Numbered from the stretch's first letter, positions 1 through 11,098 are shown. The stretch is 64,000 nt of DNA from a virus (IMGVR_UViG_3300021400_000025:310479-374478); one strand, 5' to 3'. A program made the numbers and translations. Notes: generated by a model from the letters alone, not told the origin.

Positions 1-300
1 GCGAATCTTCACGTCTGGGTTCTGGCTTGAAACAAGGAAGACCTCGTTTGCGTTCATTTCAATGTCATCAGATGTGTCCTCCTTTTCTGGAACACCATTC
101 GTGGATGCATCTTTGACCTCTTCGGTGGTCTTCAAGTTGACCTTTGGCTCTTCAACCACCATCTGCCTGGGGGCATGTGGATGCGAACCATCTGCATTTG
201 TGACTGCGCCAGCAAGCGCAGCCTCAATCTTGTCCTTGTCTTGTTCCATCGCCCTGCGGATTCCCTCAGGCGTGATCTTCTCTTCTTTCTTCTTAGCCAT
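1..300 (-). CDS. hypothetical protein, partial (runs off window start)
   Basis: ATG at 300 overlaps the stop of the upstream gene; frame MAKKKEEKITPEGIRRAMEQ... is open to position 1; not in the ORF track because it has no stop. Confidence 0.7.
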   Translation of the reverse strand, partial: MAKKKEEKITPEGIRRAMEQDKDKIEAALAGAVTNADGSHPHAPRQMVVEEPKVNLKTTEEVKDASTNGVPEKEDTSDDIEMNANEVFLVSSQNPDVKIR

Positions 301-592
301 TTCTGTTTTCCTTGTCCTTTGCCTTAATCAAGTCTGGGTCATAGATGAAGTCGTCTTCCATTGGGTCATCGTTGTGCGCAGGCTTTCCATATAGCATGTT
401 CCATGATTCAATTGCGAACCTCGGCTCGTATTCTGTTGGACCACGCGCACCACAGCACTTGCATTCCATCTGCCATAGATCACGAATCTCAGTCTCGCCA
501 TCTTCATAGCGGACCTTCACCGTGTCATGGAGAAGTCCATGCCCATGATGCCCACAGAAGGGACATATCCTGACCTTTGCCTTGTTTTCCAT
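293..592 (-). CDS. Lar-family restriction alleviation-like zinc-finger protein
   Basis: CPFCG...CKCCGARGP...AIESWN pattern typical of the Lar family; TATAAT box just upstream. Confidence 0.7.
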   Translation of the reverse strand: MENKAKVRICPFCGHHGHGLLHDTVKVRYEDGETEIRDLWQMECKCCGARGPTEYEPRFAIESWNMLYGKPAHNDDPMEDDFIYDPDLIKAKDKENRNG

Positions 593-597
593 ATCAA

Positions 598-641
598 CAA
601 TTATACAAAAAGACGCACCCTAAATGGATGCGTCATCTTTG
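598..641 (-). terminator. intrinsic terminator whose T-tract runs into TGTATAAT (copy 1 of a 42-44 bp repeat)
   Basis: minus strand GACGCATCC-ATTTA-GGGTGCGTC-TTTTTGTATAATTG; near-identical copy at 29712-29753. Confidence 0.75.
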
Positions 642-668
642 TTGGACATTTCAATGTTGTAATCATTT

Positions 669-854
669 TCACTCGTCTTGCTTCACTGTTATTGTGTAAT
701 GTGATTTGTCTACCTGGTCTGTAAGGTATATCTCATACCCATTGTCAGCGAAGTCAACAACATAACCTGCAATCTTCGAGAGGGCGTCGAATATGTCCTC
801 TGTCACCATTGCCTCGCCATTGGTGGCTTCAAACCTTCCATCGTTCATTTTCAT
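669..854 (-). CDS. small acidic hypothetical protein
   Basis: AGGAG upstream; possible remote paralog of the domain at 57813-58037 and of the C-terminus of 58414-58953. Confidence 0.7.
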   Translation of the reverse strand: MKMNDGRFEATNGEAMVTEDIFDALSKIAGYVVDFADNGYEIYLTDQVDKSHYTITVKQDE

Positions 855-874
855 TTTGCTTTCGCTCCTGTGTT

Positions 875-1720
875 TTAGTTGAAAATCTTCGCGTTCAAGT
901 CAAATGCCCCAATCTTCGTGCAGATTGGAACCTGCTTCACCTTCTTGAAGGAACTGTCCTGTCTGAACTTGTTCCACCATTCCCTGTATGTCAAGCACTT
1001 GTTGAAGCACTTCTTCATTGATGATGTCAACACTCCCCCATTCACAGAATCACCCCAAGAGATCGTCTCCTCTCCACATCCAGACACCACGAGCATCCTT
1101 CTCGCAACATCGCGGACATTCTCGAATTTCGCAAAGAAGGGCTTTTCAAGTGGAAGTCTGTCCTCTTCCTCTATCCCCTCCTCTTGCTCGTTTGGAAGGC
1201 GGAAGATTGTTCCAGAGTGGCAGCAATCAGCCACAAAGAATATCCTGCCCTTGCATTCCCCAAACATCGTCCACAGATCGTTGTCAATCAACGCACCATC
1301 ATAGAGGCACAGGAACTCGTCCTTGCCATCAGTCTCGTCCTTCGCGTTGGAGGACTTATTGTACTGCCCGCCATGCCCAGAATATGTGAAAATCAACAAA
1401 CAGTCTTCATCAACCTTTTTGATTTGATCCTCAAGTGCCTTTTTCACGGCCGCCACTGTCGCGGCCTTGTTGTTGAGCTTCACTATGTGGGTGTCGTCAG
1501 TGTATTTCTGCACCAGGTCAAGCATCGTGTTGGAGTCCTTGTCAGCCCCTGGACATGCTCCCCACTTGCTGGATTCGACCCCTACAATCAAAGCATACTT
1601 TTTACTTCTATCTACCGTTTGGCAAATATCCTTTTCGGAACAATTTCCACATTCACCATTTGCTGTGTCTTTACTGAACAACGTCTTAAAAAACTCAATT
1701 AGTTTGTTTATGAACTTCAT
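875..1720 (-). CDS. metacaspase / caspase-family (peptidase C14) protein
   Basis: KYALIVGV, YSGHG (catalytic His), DETDGKDE, DCCHSG (catalytic Cys). Confidence 0.9.
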   Translation of the reverse strand: MKFINKLIEFFKTLFSKDTANGECGNCSEKDICQTVDRSKKYALIVGVESSKWGACPGADKDSNTMLDLVQKYTDDTHIVKLNNKAATVAAVKKALEDQIKKVDEDCLLIFTYSGHGGQYNKSSNAKDETDGKDEFLCLYDGALIDNDLWTMFGECKGRIFFVADCCHSGTIFRLPNEQEEGIEEEDRLPLEKPFFAKFENVRDVARRMLVVSGCGEETISWGDSVNGGVLTSSMKKCFNKCLTYREWWNKFRQDSSFKKVKQVPICTKIGAFDLNAKIFN

Positions 1721-2903
1721 TTGCATTATCCTCGTTTATGAAAATATTTACCAATTCTTGTTCATTTATATGTTTGCCTCTCAATATGATAACATTATTT
1801 GCAAGCATACATTGATGTTTAGCCTCCTGTGTTCTGCATTTAGCCAAATACTCTTCATCCGTAATTCCACGTTGGCGATTTGGACAAAACATCTCTTCTT
1901 TTCCAGTAGTTTCATTCATTCTGAAAAATTGGTCGCCTTTCACCTCAACGATTTTGTTTCCAACTTTGAAGTCAGGATGATACGTGTGTTTCTTCCCATC
2001 ACATTCATAATGAAATACCGTATCAGGCTGGTACTCGAATTCAATATGATGCTCAGTCAAAAAATCATATACCTTAAATTCCCACGATGAACCAAATGAT
2101 AATTCTGGATATTTCGGATGCTTGTATTTCTTTCTTGCAATTTTATGAAACTCTGACGTTTGGGCATAATATTCCACTTTATAACGTTTAATCATTGTTT
2201 CTGATATTTGTTTGCGAACTTCATTTGCCAATAGGGAACAACCGACACCATATTTCTTCATATTTGTGTTCACCAATTTTGACATTATCTTTTTGGATTG
2301 CAACGGATGTTTGACCGAATATCGTTCAATACAAGTCTACTCGGCTAGCTTTTGAACTTCTTTCAATTGGGATGGAAATTCAACATCATATTTCAGTTTA
2401 TTTGTTCTTCTTGCTTTATCTTGAAACTCTTTCAGTTTCATGGGTTGGTCAATGCCATATATTCTTTCACATGTTTCCCTCGCCTTGTCCCGATTATTGT
2501 AATTTTCATCACCATATTTTTGTCTCTTCGTATTCCTGCTTTTGTCTCGCATATTTGGGTCGGACATACAATGCTTTCTGCAACAATACTTCCTATATGA
2601 ACGATTGTCATTATTCCATTCAACAATGTTGTTGCAATCTGGATGTGCGCATATTGGCATAGAATGAATTTCATTCAATAAACAATATATTCGTTCATAA
2701 ATGGAAACACTTCTTTCAGCATAATGTTCATCAAGAAACGAAGTTCTTTTCATCAGTTCTTTCATGACGGTAGGATAATTTAACCGTATAAAAGTATTTA
2801 ATGCCGAAGGCTGATTATGTAGACTCTATACCAGTTCAACAAGTTGTTGGTTTGACAATAGACTTAATTCATTTTCACTGTATTGTATAATTTCTCTAGT
2901 CAT
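1695..2903 (-). CDS. putative free-standing homing endonuclease (KYGV-type repeats plus PD-(D/E)xK nuclease), 2 in-frame TAG
   Basis: GGAGGT-ATG at 2903; joins ORFs 2337-2765 and 1695-2303 across TAGs at 2826 and 2337; repeated (K/R)YG-like units; C-terminal YHPDF...VEVKG; AT-rich. Confidence 0.75.
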
Positions 2904-2965
2904 CTTGGATACCTCCATATCCTTGGTGATTTGGTGGTTGAAGCTGGAACTTTAACCACCATTTC

Positions 2966-2972
2966 TATTTAC
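2966..2972 (-). promoter_or_regulatory. late-type promoter motif GTAAATA
   Basis: recurrent motif upstream of late genes; resembles the T4 late promoter TATAAATA. Confidence 0.55.
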
Positions 2973-3048
2973 CAATTATATTGACATTTATAACATATTT
3001 CAAATGAAGGTATAATTGTATCATACAAACAAAAATAGAGGATAACTC

Positions 3049-3975
3049 ATGTTCATGAAAAAAGTTTTAATAATTATTGACGGTAGCTTTTTAAGCTTCG
3101 TATGCTGTTATAGGGCGTTCAAGCAGTGGTCTGAGCAGTACCAGTCAATTGACACATGCACCATACGCCCACCTGAGGAAACAGACCAAGACAACCTGCC
3201 AGATTTGGTCAACGAAAGCCAGTGGTTCAAGAAGTGCCTGTACAACGCCGCAGTGGACAAGCTGAATGGAATTGCGAACATCGTTGAGAACGCCACCGGG
3301 CTTCTCTATCCAAACTCTTCTTTGGTTGACACCATCATAGCGAAGGACAGTAGGCTCACCAAGTCCTTCAGGTACTCGCTCTACCCAGAATACAAGCTGG
3401 TCAGGAAGATTCAGAAGGCCAAGAGAAGCCAGTACAAGATTGGACCAGTCTTCGATGAACTCTATGCCAACGTGTTCCCATCCATCTTCGGCGATCATTG
3501 TGTCCAGTTGGCAGTGAATGGGGCCGAAGGCGACGACATCATCGCATCCATAGCACGAAGCCAGAGGATTGAGGATGAATACGAAAGAATCATCCTGATC
3601 TCGTCCGACAGGGACTTCCTCCAACTTCAGATTGACAGACCAGTGACGCAATACGATGCGAAGGGCGAAATGGTTGTTCCAAAGATTAAGCATGGGAACG
3701 AAATCATCAACATCACTCCCAAACAGGCTCTGATGGTGAAGATCATCTCTGGCGACACCTCTGACAACATCAAGCCCATTCGCCCGAAGATTGGGGAAAT
3801 CAGAGCGTTGAAGTACATCACAGAGAAGTCAGACGAGTTCAGAAAGATGCTCAAAGAGGATCCCGAAACGGCGGAGCATTTCATCCTCAATTCAAAATTG
3901 ATTGACTTCAACAACATCCCTGTGGAACTTTCCCAGAAGATTGTTGACGAGTTCTACGCCCTCAAGAATTGGTGA
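3049..3975 (+). CDS. rnh: 5'-3' exonuclease / T4-type RNase H
   Basis: IIDGS, YPEYK..R, EGDDII, SSDRDFLQL, GDTSDNI motifs. Confidence 0.9.
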   Translation: MFMKKVLIIIDGSFLSFVCCYRAFKQWSEQYQSIDTCTIRPPEETDQDNLPDLVNESQWFKKCLYNAAVDKLNGIANIVENATGLLYPNSSLVDTIIAKDSRLTKSFRYSLYPEYKLVRKIQKAKRSQYKIGPVFDELYANVFPSIFGDHCVQLAVNGAEGDDIIASIARSQRIEDEYERIILISSDRDFLQLQIDRPVTQYDAKGEMVVPKIKHGNEIINITPKQALMVKIISGDTSDNIKPIRPKIGEIRALKYITEKSDEFRKMLKEDPETAEHFILNSKLIDFNNIPVELSQKIVDEFYALKNW

Positions 3976-4753
3976 TGGTCAAATCAACCTCGAACGCATA
4001 GCACACTTCATATGCAGGAAGGTTGTCATGGGTCAAAACAGGCTTGTTGGACGATGCTTCTGTCTCGTCTGAGCCCGTTTCCTCGACTTCATATGATGTC
4101 CCCACGCCATCCAGTTCATTGTTCGTCAACCCCACGCCCACAGAATCCCCCTGGAAGATGTCATACCGTGTGGCAGAAGCCACATCTGCCATCTGCCCAC
4201 CATCATCAACATTCAATGTTCTGACGATTGATCCAGATGTGACTGCACTATGATGCATGTGGGGTGGCATGTTCGTTTCGTCCAGAACCACTGTTTGATT
4301 GCCGTGTGCGATGGTTGGTTCTTGGTTGATGAAGCACACTCCACGCAGCATGCAGTCCCCAATGCGCTTCAAGTTCGCATTGCTGGGTATGTCCCAATTC
4401 TCCCTTATGTACTGCTCCGGGGTGGTGTCCAATGGAACTTCGCTCTTCTTCACCACAATCACCTGCCCATCAACAACTTTCAACTTTCTTCTGGATGTGT
4501 CCAGAATGGAAACCTCACTATGCATCATGTCCAGATTCTCCTTGGTTTCGTCCAAGATGTTCTTGTAGATATCCCACCTATTGGTGTTGAGATATCTATC
4601 CATGATTGACAAGTGGCTGGTGAACAGATTGCTCTGCGCCAAATCGCACAGAACATCCCATGTCATCTTCTTGGAATCCATCTGTTGGTTGATTTCATTG
4701 GAATCTGAAACCAATAGAGCTGAATTTTCACATGTTGTTGTAGTAGTTCCCAT
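3962..4753 (-). CDS. baseplate/tail-collar-like structural protein
   Basis: G..TVVL...NMPPH.H and HDNLPAY..CY motifs of gp10 C-terminal/collar-type domains; GTAAATA upstream. Confidence 0.6.
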   Translation of the reverse strand: MGTTTTTCENSALLVSDSNEINQQMDSKKMTWDVLCDLAQSNLFTSHLSIMDRYLNTNRWDIYKNILDETKENLDMMHSEVSILDTSRRKLKVVDGQVIVVKKSEVPLDTTPEQYIRENWDIPSNANLKRIGDCMLRGVCFINQEPTIAHGNQTVVLDETNMPPHMHHSAVTSGSIVRTLNVDDGGQMADVASATRYDIFQGDSVGVGLTNNELDGVGTSYEVEETGSDETEASSNKPVLTHDNLPAYEVCYAFEVDLTITNS

Positions 4754-4762
4754 CACATTGTC

Positions 4763-4794
4763 TATTTACCATCGTCTTGCCAAAATGGTAAATA
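4763..4794. promoter_or_regulatory. divergent pair of late-type promoters
   Basis: TATTTAC-18 nt-GTAAATA between divergent genes. Confidence 0.7.
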
Positions 4795-4802
4795 CTTCCA
4801 CC

Positions 4803-6332
4803 ATGTAGACATCCACAGAAAGAAATCCCAAACATGCTCTTTCCATGATTGGCAAGTCCAGATTCACCAATGACAAGATGGATTCCTCCCATGTCATGAC
4901 AAGATGGCACAGAAGAAAACCCAATGTTGTCCAGAAAATGGCGACATCGAGAAGAGGAATTGGTGGTGGCAAACCATCGTCTTCTGACGACAATTTCCTG
5001 AAGAAGATGGATGAAATGTTGACGAAGAATGGACTTCCCAGCGCCCTTTCCAGAATGGGGAGGCAGATGGATGTGACATAGGGGATGCTGATGGGGGAAA
5101 TGCCCATGTCTCTGGCGCAGTCGCTGGGAATTCAACTTCCTGACGAATTGAATCTGCTTGATGGGATGTCGGAATCTGCGGTTGGAAGATTGAACAGTCC
5201 ATTGGGGGAAAATTCCATGGACATGTTGAAGGGCGTGGCGTCTGGGAAGAGCCAAGACGACATATCCACTGGGATATTGGGGGAGGTTCCACAGGCGAGG
5301 GCATCTGGCTCCGCCACAGCAGCAAGCGCGTTGGGCGCAGTGGGGAGCGCGGCTGGAGCTGGCGTGGATGCAATGGCGGCATTGAAATCTGCTGTTGGAT
5401 TGGCGAATGGAGCGCAAACCCTTCTGAACGCCACCATCCAGAACGCCATCGACAAGAAACTGGCTATGATGATGGGCAAGATAATGACTTCGATAAGGAA
5501 AGCACATGGCGTCACCCACCCACTGTTTCTCACCATATTCCCAATGACATAGAAGGAAAATGGGGAATGGAAGCCTGATTGGCCGGTATCCACTGGTGGT
5601 TATCTTGAGATTGTGAAGGGAATCCCTGAATACTTCGACTTCATACAGAAGGTCATGGGTGGGGCAATAGGCGAAATATGCGGTGGAATGGACAAGATGT
5701 TCCAGACTGTGTGCAGCATGGGAAAGCAGATCGCCAATGGACAAGTGAATGTGGATGTGAATGCGTCGGTCAATGTGTATTTCCCAACGCCACCACTCAG
5801 CGTTCCATTGATGTCGATATCCAAGCAGATTGAGGATGTGTTGAACAAGATAATGGTCATCAAGGAGATTGTCCGTCAGATGGCAAGGCAGATAATAGAG
5901 AAGATCAAGTCTCTGGAGGCTCCCCAACTTTTCATAAACATGCCGGGCGACTTCTTCGAGATATTGGAGGTTCTTGTGGAGGCGTATTTCATCTACGCCA
6001 ATCTTCCGATAGTTCTGGACAAGATTCTCATATTCTTCATCAACATGTTCGTGGAGAAATTCGCAGGGCGGGCGAGTGAAATCATTGACCAGTTGTTCGG
6101 CATATGGGAGAAGGTCGTCGAGATTGTGCCTCCGTTGGACGATCTTCTGAAGTTGGCATGGGCAATCCCCAACTCGGCGGACTTCTGCGTGAATGTCGCG
6201 TTGAACATAGCCCTTCCAGACATATGGGGGATGGTGAAGCCATATGTTATGCTTCCATTCCAGGCAATAGACATGATTGAACAGGCATGCGATGAAGCCA
6301 TAGATGTGGCATATGCCATTCCTCCACCTTGA
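4803..6332 (+). CDS. putative virion protein (509 aa), 3 in-frame TAG
   Basis: ORFs 4845-5081, 5085-5552 and 5613-6332 share one frame, separated only by TAG; ATG 4803 is followed directly by TAG; ends TGA. Confidence 0.7.
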
Positions 6333-6342
6333 TGAAAAGAAG

Positions 6343-6372
6343 AAGATGCGCGGAAAAAAATCCACGCATCTT
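6343..6372. terminator. hairpin between convergent genes
   Basis: AAGATGCGCGGA-A-rich loop-TCCACGCATCTT. Confidence 0.55.
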
Positions 6373-6411
6373 GCGTCAGTTCTGTTTGATTGTCTCTGTC
6401 TATGGGTTCAA

Positions 6412-6942
6412 TCAGGGAACCTTGATGAACTTGCCACCACGGCACTTCATGTTGCGCGTGTCATAGACAGCCTTCGCCCTCTGGCACTCAGGGCAATCAT
6501 TCGGCATGGAAAGCACAGACATGCATCCCTTGCCAAACGCGGCAACCACCTTGTTGACGAGTTCAACATTCGCCTTGACCTTCTCGTTCGTGGCAAGATA
6601 GGTGTCTATTCCGTTGAGGATGACAACTGCGCCAGCGTTGATGAGGGTCTTCTGGTAGTCGTTCAACTTCTCCTGCTTGAGGGCAATCTCCTGAACCACA
6701 GGAAGAATGCTGTCAAGATAGGTCTTTCCAGAGGCGACATCCACGCTTGCCGTGGTGATGTTGCCCACAACCTCCTTGAGGACAGTCTTGACCTGTGCAT
6801 CTGGATTGTCTATGCTGAACCAAGTCAGCATTGCGATGGAGCCTGCAGTGTTCGCCGCAGAAACCAGGGTGGTCTCGTTTGGATCGCAGCCTGCGAACAT
6901 AAGTGTCGCCGCTGCCATGATTGTCATGATGATTTTCTTCAT
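6412..6942 (-). CDS. putative lipoprotein
   Basis: MKKII, hydrophobic core, lipobox-like FAG|C. Confidence 0.75.
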   Translation of the reverse strand: MKKIIMTIMAAATLMFAGCDPNETTLVSAANTAGSIAMLTWFSIDNPDAQVKTVLKEVVGNITTASVDVASGKTYLDSILPVVQEIALKQEKLNDYQKTLINAGAVVILNGIDTYLATNEKVKANVELVNKVVAAFGKGCMSVLSMPNDCPECQRAKAVYDTRNMKCRGGKFIKVP

Positions 6943-7036
6943 TTTTCTTTTACCTTTCCTATAGTTCAATTATACAAAAACAGCCACCAACCTTTCGGCC
7001 AGTGGCTATTGTTGCACATCACATTGTGAGTCTCCA

Positions 7037-7477
7037 TCAATCTTCGTCAAAACCCTCGCAATCCTCAACAATGAACTCAAGCCCCAGATAGAAGTCGTCA
7101 TCCACATCCCATGATCCATCAGCTTCGTAGATTGCCTTGAATCCACCAGTTGAGATTGTGGTCTTCTCTTCGCAAGCATCAACCAGAAGCCTATGTGCCT
7201 CCTTCTTCAGCTCCTCAACGGATGGGGTTCCATTCTTGGAGAACGCCCATTTCCAGTCAAGGAACTTCATGATGTTGTGAACCTTCTCGAAGTCAAAATG
7301 GTTCATTATGCTCTCAATCTTCTGCTTCTCAACCTCAGTGAGATTGTCCTCTGATGTCTCTGGGGCAGGCTCTGCTTCGTGCTTCTCCTTGAGAGCGGCC
7401 TTGATTTCGTCCAAAGCAGACTCCAGAAGGTGCATCTTGGACTCAAGTTCCTCCAGTTTCTTGGAATTGTCAATCAT
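7037..7477 (-). CDS. hypothetical protein
   Basis: AGGAG RBS; coiled-coil N-terminus; TTTACC-17-TATAAT promoter upstream. Confidence 0.8.
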   Translation of the reverse strand: MIDNSKKLEELESKMHLLESALDEIKAALKEKHEAEPAPETSEDNLTEVEKQKIESIMNHFDFEKVHNIMKFLDWKWAFSKNGTPSVEELKKEAHRLLVDACEEKTTISTGGFKAIYEADGSWDVDDDFYLGLEFIVEDCEGFDED

Positions 7478-7575
7478 GTCTCATTGTCTCCTTTTCTTGT
7501 CTTCCTAATCATATTATACATCATTTTGACGAAATGGTAAATAGATAAAATAAAGAATTTTTAACGCAACAAACC

Positions 7576-8715
7576 ATGACACTGACAAATTCAAACAGCC
7601 ACATCGTGGCCCCCTCCGATCCCACCCCAATAATGCGCGAAGGGGTGGATGAAGAATCAACCACAACCAACCTGCCATTCCACAGACATTGCCAGAAGAC
7701 CATATGCTCGGCACATGGCTTGTCTGGAGATGGCGCGACATGGGGTGTCATAGACACTCTGATATTGAATAATCTTTAGGATGGATGGAAAGGCAAGTTC
7801 ACGAACAACGACAACATCACCTGGGATTTACGCGCCATATTGGAGATGCTGGACGACAATGTAGGGAAATTGAAGAACCAGCAGCAATTCATCATGAATT
7901 TCCAGATGGCAAATCAAAGCATTGGAACTGCAAACATTGATCTGAATGACCAGAACAAATATAATGTGGAATTCAATGTTGATCCGATGAAGTAGAAACT
8001 GGGAAGAGATCTGGAGTTGAAGATAAACAATGTCACGGCATTCAAGTTCAACACATTGGTTGAGGATGAAGAAAACGACATCACAGAATGCAGTCTTGAC
8101 ATTGGAACAACAACACCACCATCAACTTCAGCAACATTGACGCAAGAGATGTTCAATCAATTGTATCCTGTTGGTTCAATATACATCAGCGTGAACAAGG
8201 AAGAACCTTTTCAAGGCATATCTGGAATAACATGTTCCTGGGAGCGTCTTTCAGAAGGAACCACTGTGTGGAATGCCACTAATGAAGACATAGAGAATTT
8301 GGGATTGGGACAAAAAATAGACGGTGAACTTCCCAACATCAGAGGCTTTATGTCTGGTCCTGGAAACACTGCCATAGCAGATAATAATTAGGATATCGAG
8401 AAGCCCCACAATGCGTTACATGCAACGGATATAAATGGGCGTAAGGCAATAACTTTTAGAGCTGAAATCTAGGAAGGAGTGCAATTTAATCCACCGGATG
8501 GGGTTCCAGCAGCCATTGGGGGTTGCAAAATCTCAACTACTGACGGAAATGTGACGCTGAGTGCAGTAGTGTAGAATTGTGAAAATCCGGCATGCACAGA
8601 CTTCAACGATTTCGAGTTTGACGCCAGTAGATGCAGTAGCATATACAAGGACAGCAATGGCGGGCTCGTCAGACCAACATCAATCCTCACAACTATGTGG
8701 AAGCGGATTAGTTGA
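7576..8715 (+). CDS. tail fibre/baseplate protein with gp10-C-like domain (379 aa), 5 in-frame TAG
   Basis: TAG at 7777, 7993, 8389, 8470, 8572; YPVGSIYISV...WER...LPNIRG...FDASR...MWKR motifs span the TAGs; ends TGA. Confidence 0.8.
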
Positions 8716-8733
8716 TGCAACGGAGACACTAGC

Positions 8734-11043
8734 ATGATTTCAAACAGCCAGAACCCACACGGACTTGAGACCAGAACGCTGACCTTCTACAAGAACGGCG
8801 TTATGGTGGGGAAATCGACCAATCCACTGTATCATTGGGCGAAGATCCCAAATCTTTTCCAATAGATGAATGGCTAGGAATGGGCTATTGAACCCTCCTA
8901 TTCAAGCGAAGAATGGGAGACTTTGTAGAAGTATGTGTCGGTTGAAAATGGGAATGGCAACAAGTTGATGGTGGTTGGTGACGCATCTTTGTATAGCGGA
9001 CCCAACATGGTCATAGTTAGATGGAATTTCAACAATGGAAAACTTAAGGATGGTGGTGAATCAACCATTGCTGACTGGGTGGTTCCATATGGGACAACAG
9101 TTGGATTGTTCAATGGGCACTTTCCTGACATTGAATATGACAGAAACAGATACCTGGAATCTTGGTTCCGAGACTTCGGCGAGATTGACCTTGATGGGTG
9201 GTTTGACGAGACGACGGGCACTGAATATAGTCTGGACACGGCCATAACGCACGATGTCACATTGACTGCCCATTGAGACGCATATGAGAAGTACATCAAG
9301 AAGCAGGGGACCGTCTATGTTGACGAAACCACAGGGTGGTCTAATATGTTTTCGTCCAACGCCTTTCTTGAGACCATTGATTCGATAAATTTGAATAGGA
9401 AGGAATTTGACTTGGTGATGAAGGTCAAGACTCCATTTGTGTTGGATTTGTTTCCCAACCAGGAGATTGTCAAATTGGCGAACACTGATTTGGAGATAGC
9501 AACAAGGGGCAAGTGGAACGATGATGTCAATCCCCCCAAATGGAAAGAATATGGCACTGAAGGAGGCAAGAATTTTGTGTTTCCATGCTGGGAGGCTTTG
9601 AATCTTGGTGCAGGATTGGACGAAGAGCCCGCCAAGGGGCAGACGATGATATTCTCCAGTACAGACTATTGGTTCAGATTCAAAGCATATGTGGCGGAAG
9701 ACAATACATGGAAAGCCACATGCTATGTTGCATAGGGTGAACATGAACCTGCTTCATGGGACGACACTTTGAATTACTTTGACCGTGAAGGAATATTGGA
9801 TTCCAGCAATGTTGTTGAATCACCCATTCAATTCGGCAACGACCGTGATATTATCGGCACTGACATCAGCCAAGAGAATTGGCGTGGTGTGATATACATG
9901 GGCGAATCCTATATCAAGTTGGGTGGAATCAAATACAGGTTCGTATATGACAATAGAATGTGCAATGTCACACTTGATCCAAATGGTGGAACCTTCACCG
10001 AAGCGCAGATTTCCAGTGCCACAGCAAATGGGTGGACTTACGCCAATCAAATGCTGTCCAAGAAAGTGAGCGTTTCAAGTTCAATGGAGTTCATGTCTGG
10101 AATTGAAGCAAGTTTGAATGGATTCAATTTCTCCGGATGGTATGACGCCATGGGCGATGGAGTGAAGGTTGGTGAACCAGGAAGGACGGAAATAACCGAA
10201 GACATCACCTTCTACGCGCATTGGACTTCAGCAATTGCGTCAATGGTTGTCACAACATTCAATGTCAATGGTGGAAAGAACATAACTTGGGGCGACGAGT
10301 CCAGGGGGACTATCTGGAGGTTTTAGCATTCTGACATTTTCACCTTCACCACATCTGGGCTACCCACTGCAATCAAGGAAAAAACAACCAACAAGAAATC
10401 CACACCAACCTCCACATGCACATATTCTTTGAATAGTTGGCGCGATTTAACCAACGCTAAATTGGCAAAAGACACTGTGTTGTCAGTGGACAATACATAC
10501 TACGCTAGATGGCAGTACAAGACGACATGGGTGGAGTCGTTCTAGCGTTACAATGGCAATATGTCTTGCCAGAGACAGACATGCTTGTTCAAGGGCTGGA
10601 AAAACGATCGAGGAACATATAGAAACGATCATGTGCTGACATTACACAGCATCAAATTAGGATGGGAAAGCAATGGCAATCCCGCAGTTCTCCAAATCTA
10701 TGTTGAGAACGCCGATAAGCCTTCTGAGAATCAATATATAACCCTCAAAGCGGATGGGGTTGTGTTGGCAGAGGCGAAATACAGACATTATACCACAAAC
10801 AACTGGACTAACATATCCAGCAAAGACTGTGGATTTGGGTAGTTCACCAACGATAAGACCACATATTTGTTCTGCAATGATAGGACAAATCTACTTCACT
10901 TCAAAATCACAGGGTTGAAGTTCCCATACGATAAGAACGACATCTATCTTGATGTGCATGGCAAATACAACGATGGCAGCGAAGTGTCCTATAGTTTCGG
11001 CTAGGCTGGATCCCTATATGGCGCATATGCTTAGTTGATATGA
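8734..11043 (+). CDS. adhesin/fibre-like protein with InlB B-repeat-like units; 9 in-frame TAG and one in-frame TGA (9274)
   Basis: GGAGA RBS; single frame joining ORFs 8935, 9346, 9769, 10561; repeats GWF..DVTLTAH*, GWY..DITFYAHW, DNTYYARW; terminator follows. Confidence 0.7.
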
Positions 11044-11045
11044 TG

Positions 11046-11073
11046 AAAAAGGCATCCCTTTTGGGATGCCTTT
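11046..11073. terminator. bidirectional intrinsic terminator
   Basis: AAAAAGGCATCCC-TTTT-GGGATGCCTTT between convergent genes. Confidence 0.85.
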
Positions 11074-11098
11074 CGTCCAAGTTTGAATCTCAACTTGC

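Noticed and set aside
2981-3016. TTGACA...TATAAT as the rnh promoter
   Set aside because: Spacer is 24 nt, too long for the two boxes to act together
4728-6365. 545-aa minus-strand ORF (and similar long antisense ORFs at 33994-35454, 51050-52027, 60345-61235)
   Set aside because: Shadow frames opposite well-supported genes; no recognisable motifs
8713-8736. TGA read-through fusing 7576-8715 with 8734-11043 (same frame)
   Set aside because: MWKRIS is a typical natural C-terminus and the next ATG has its own GGAGA RBS
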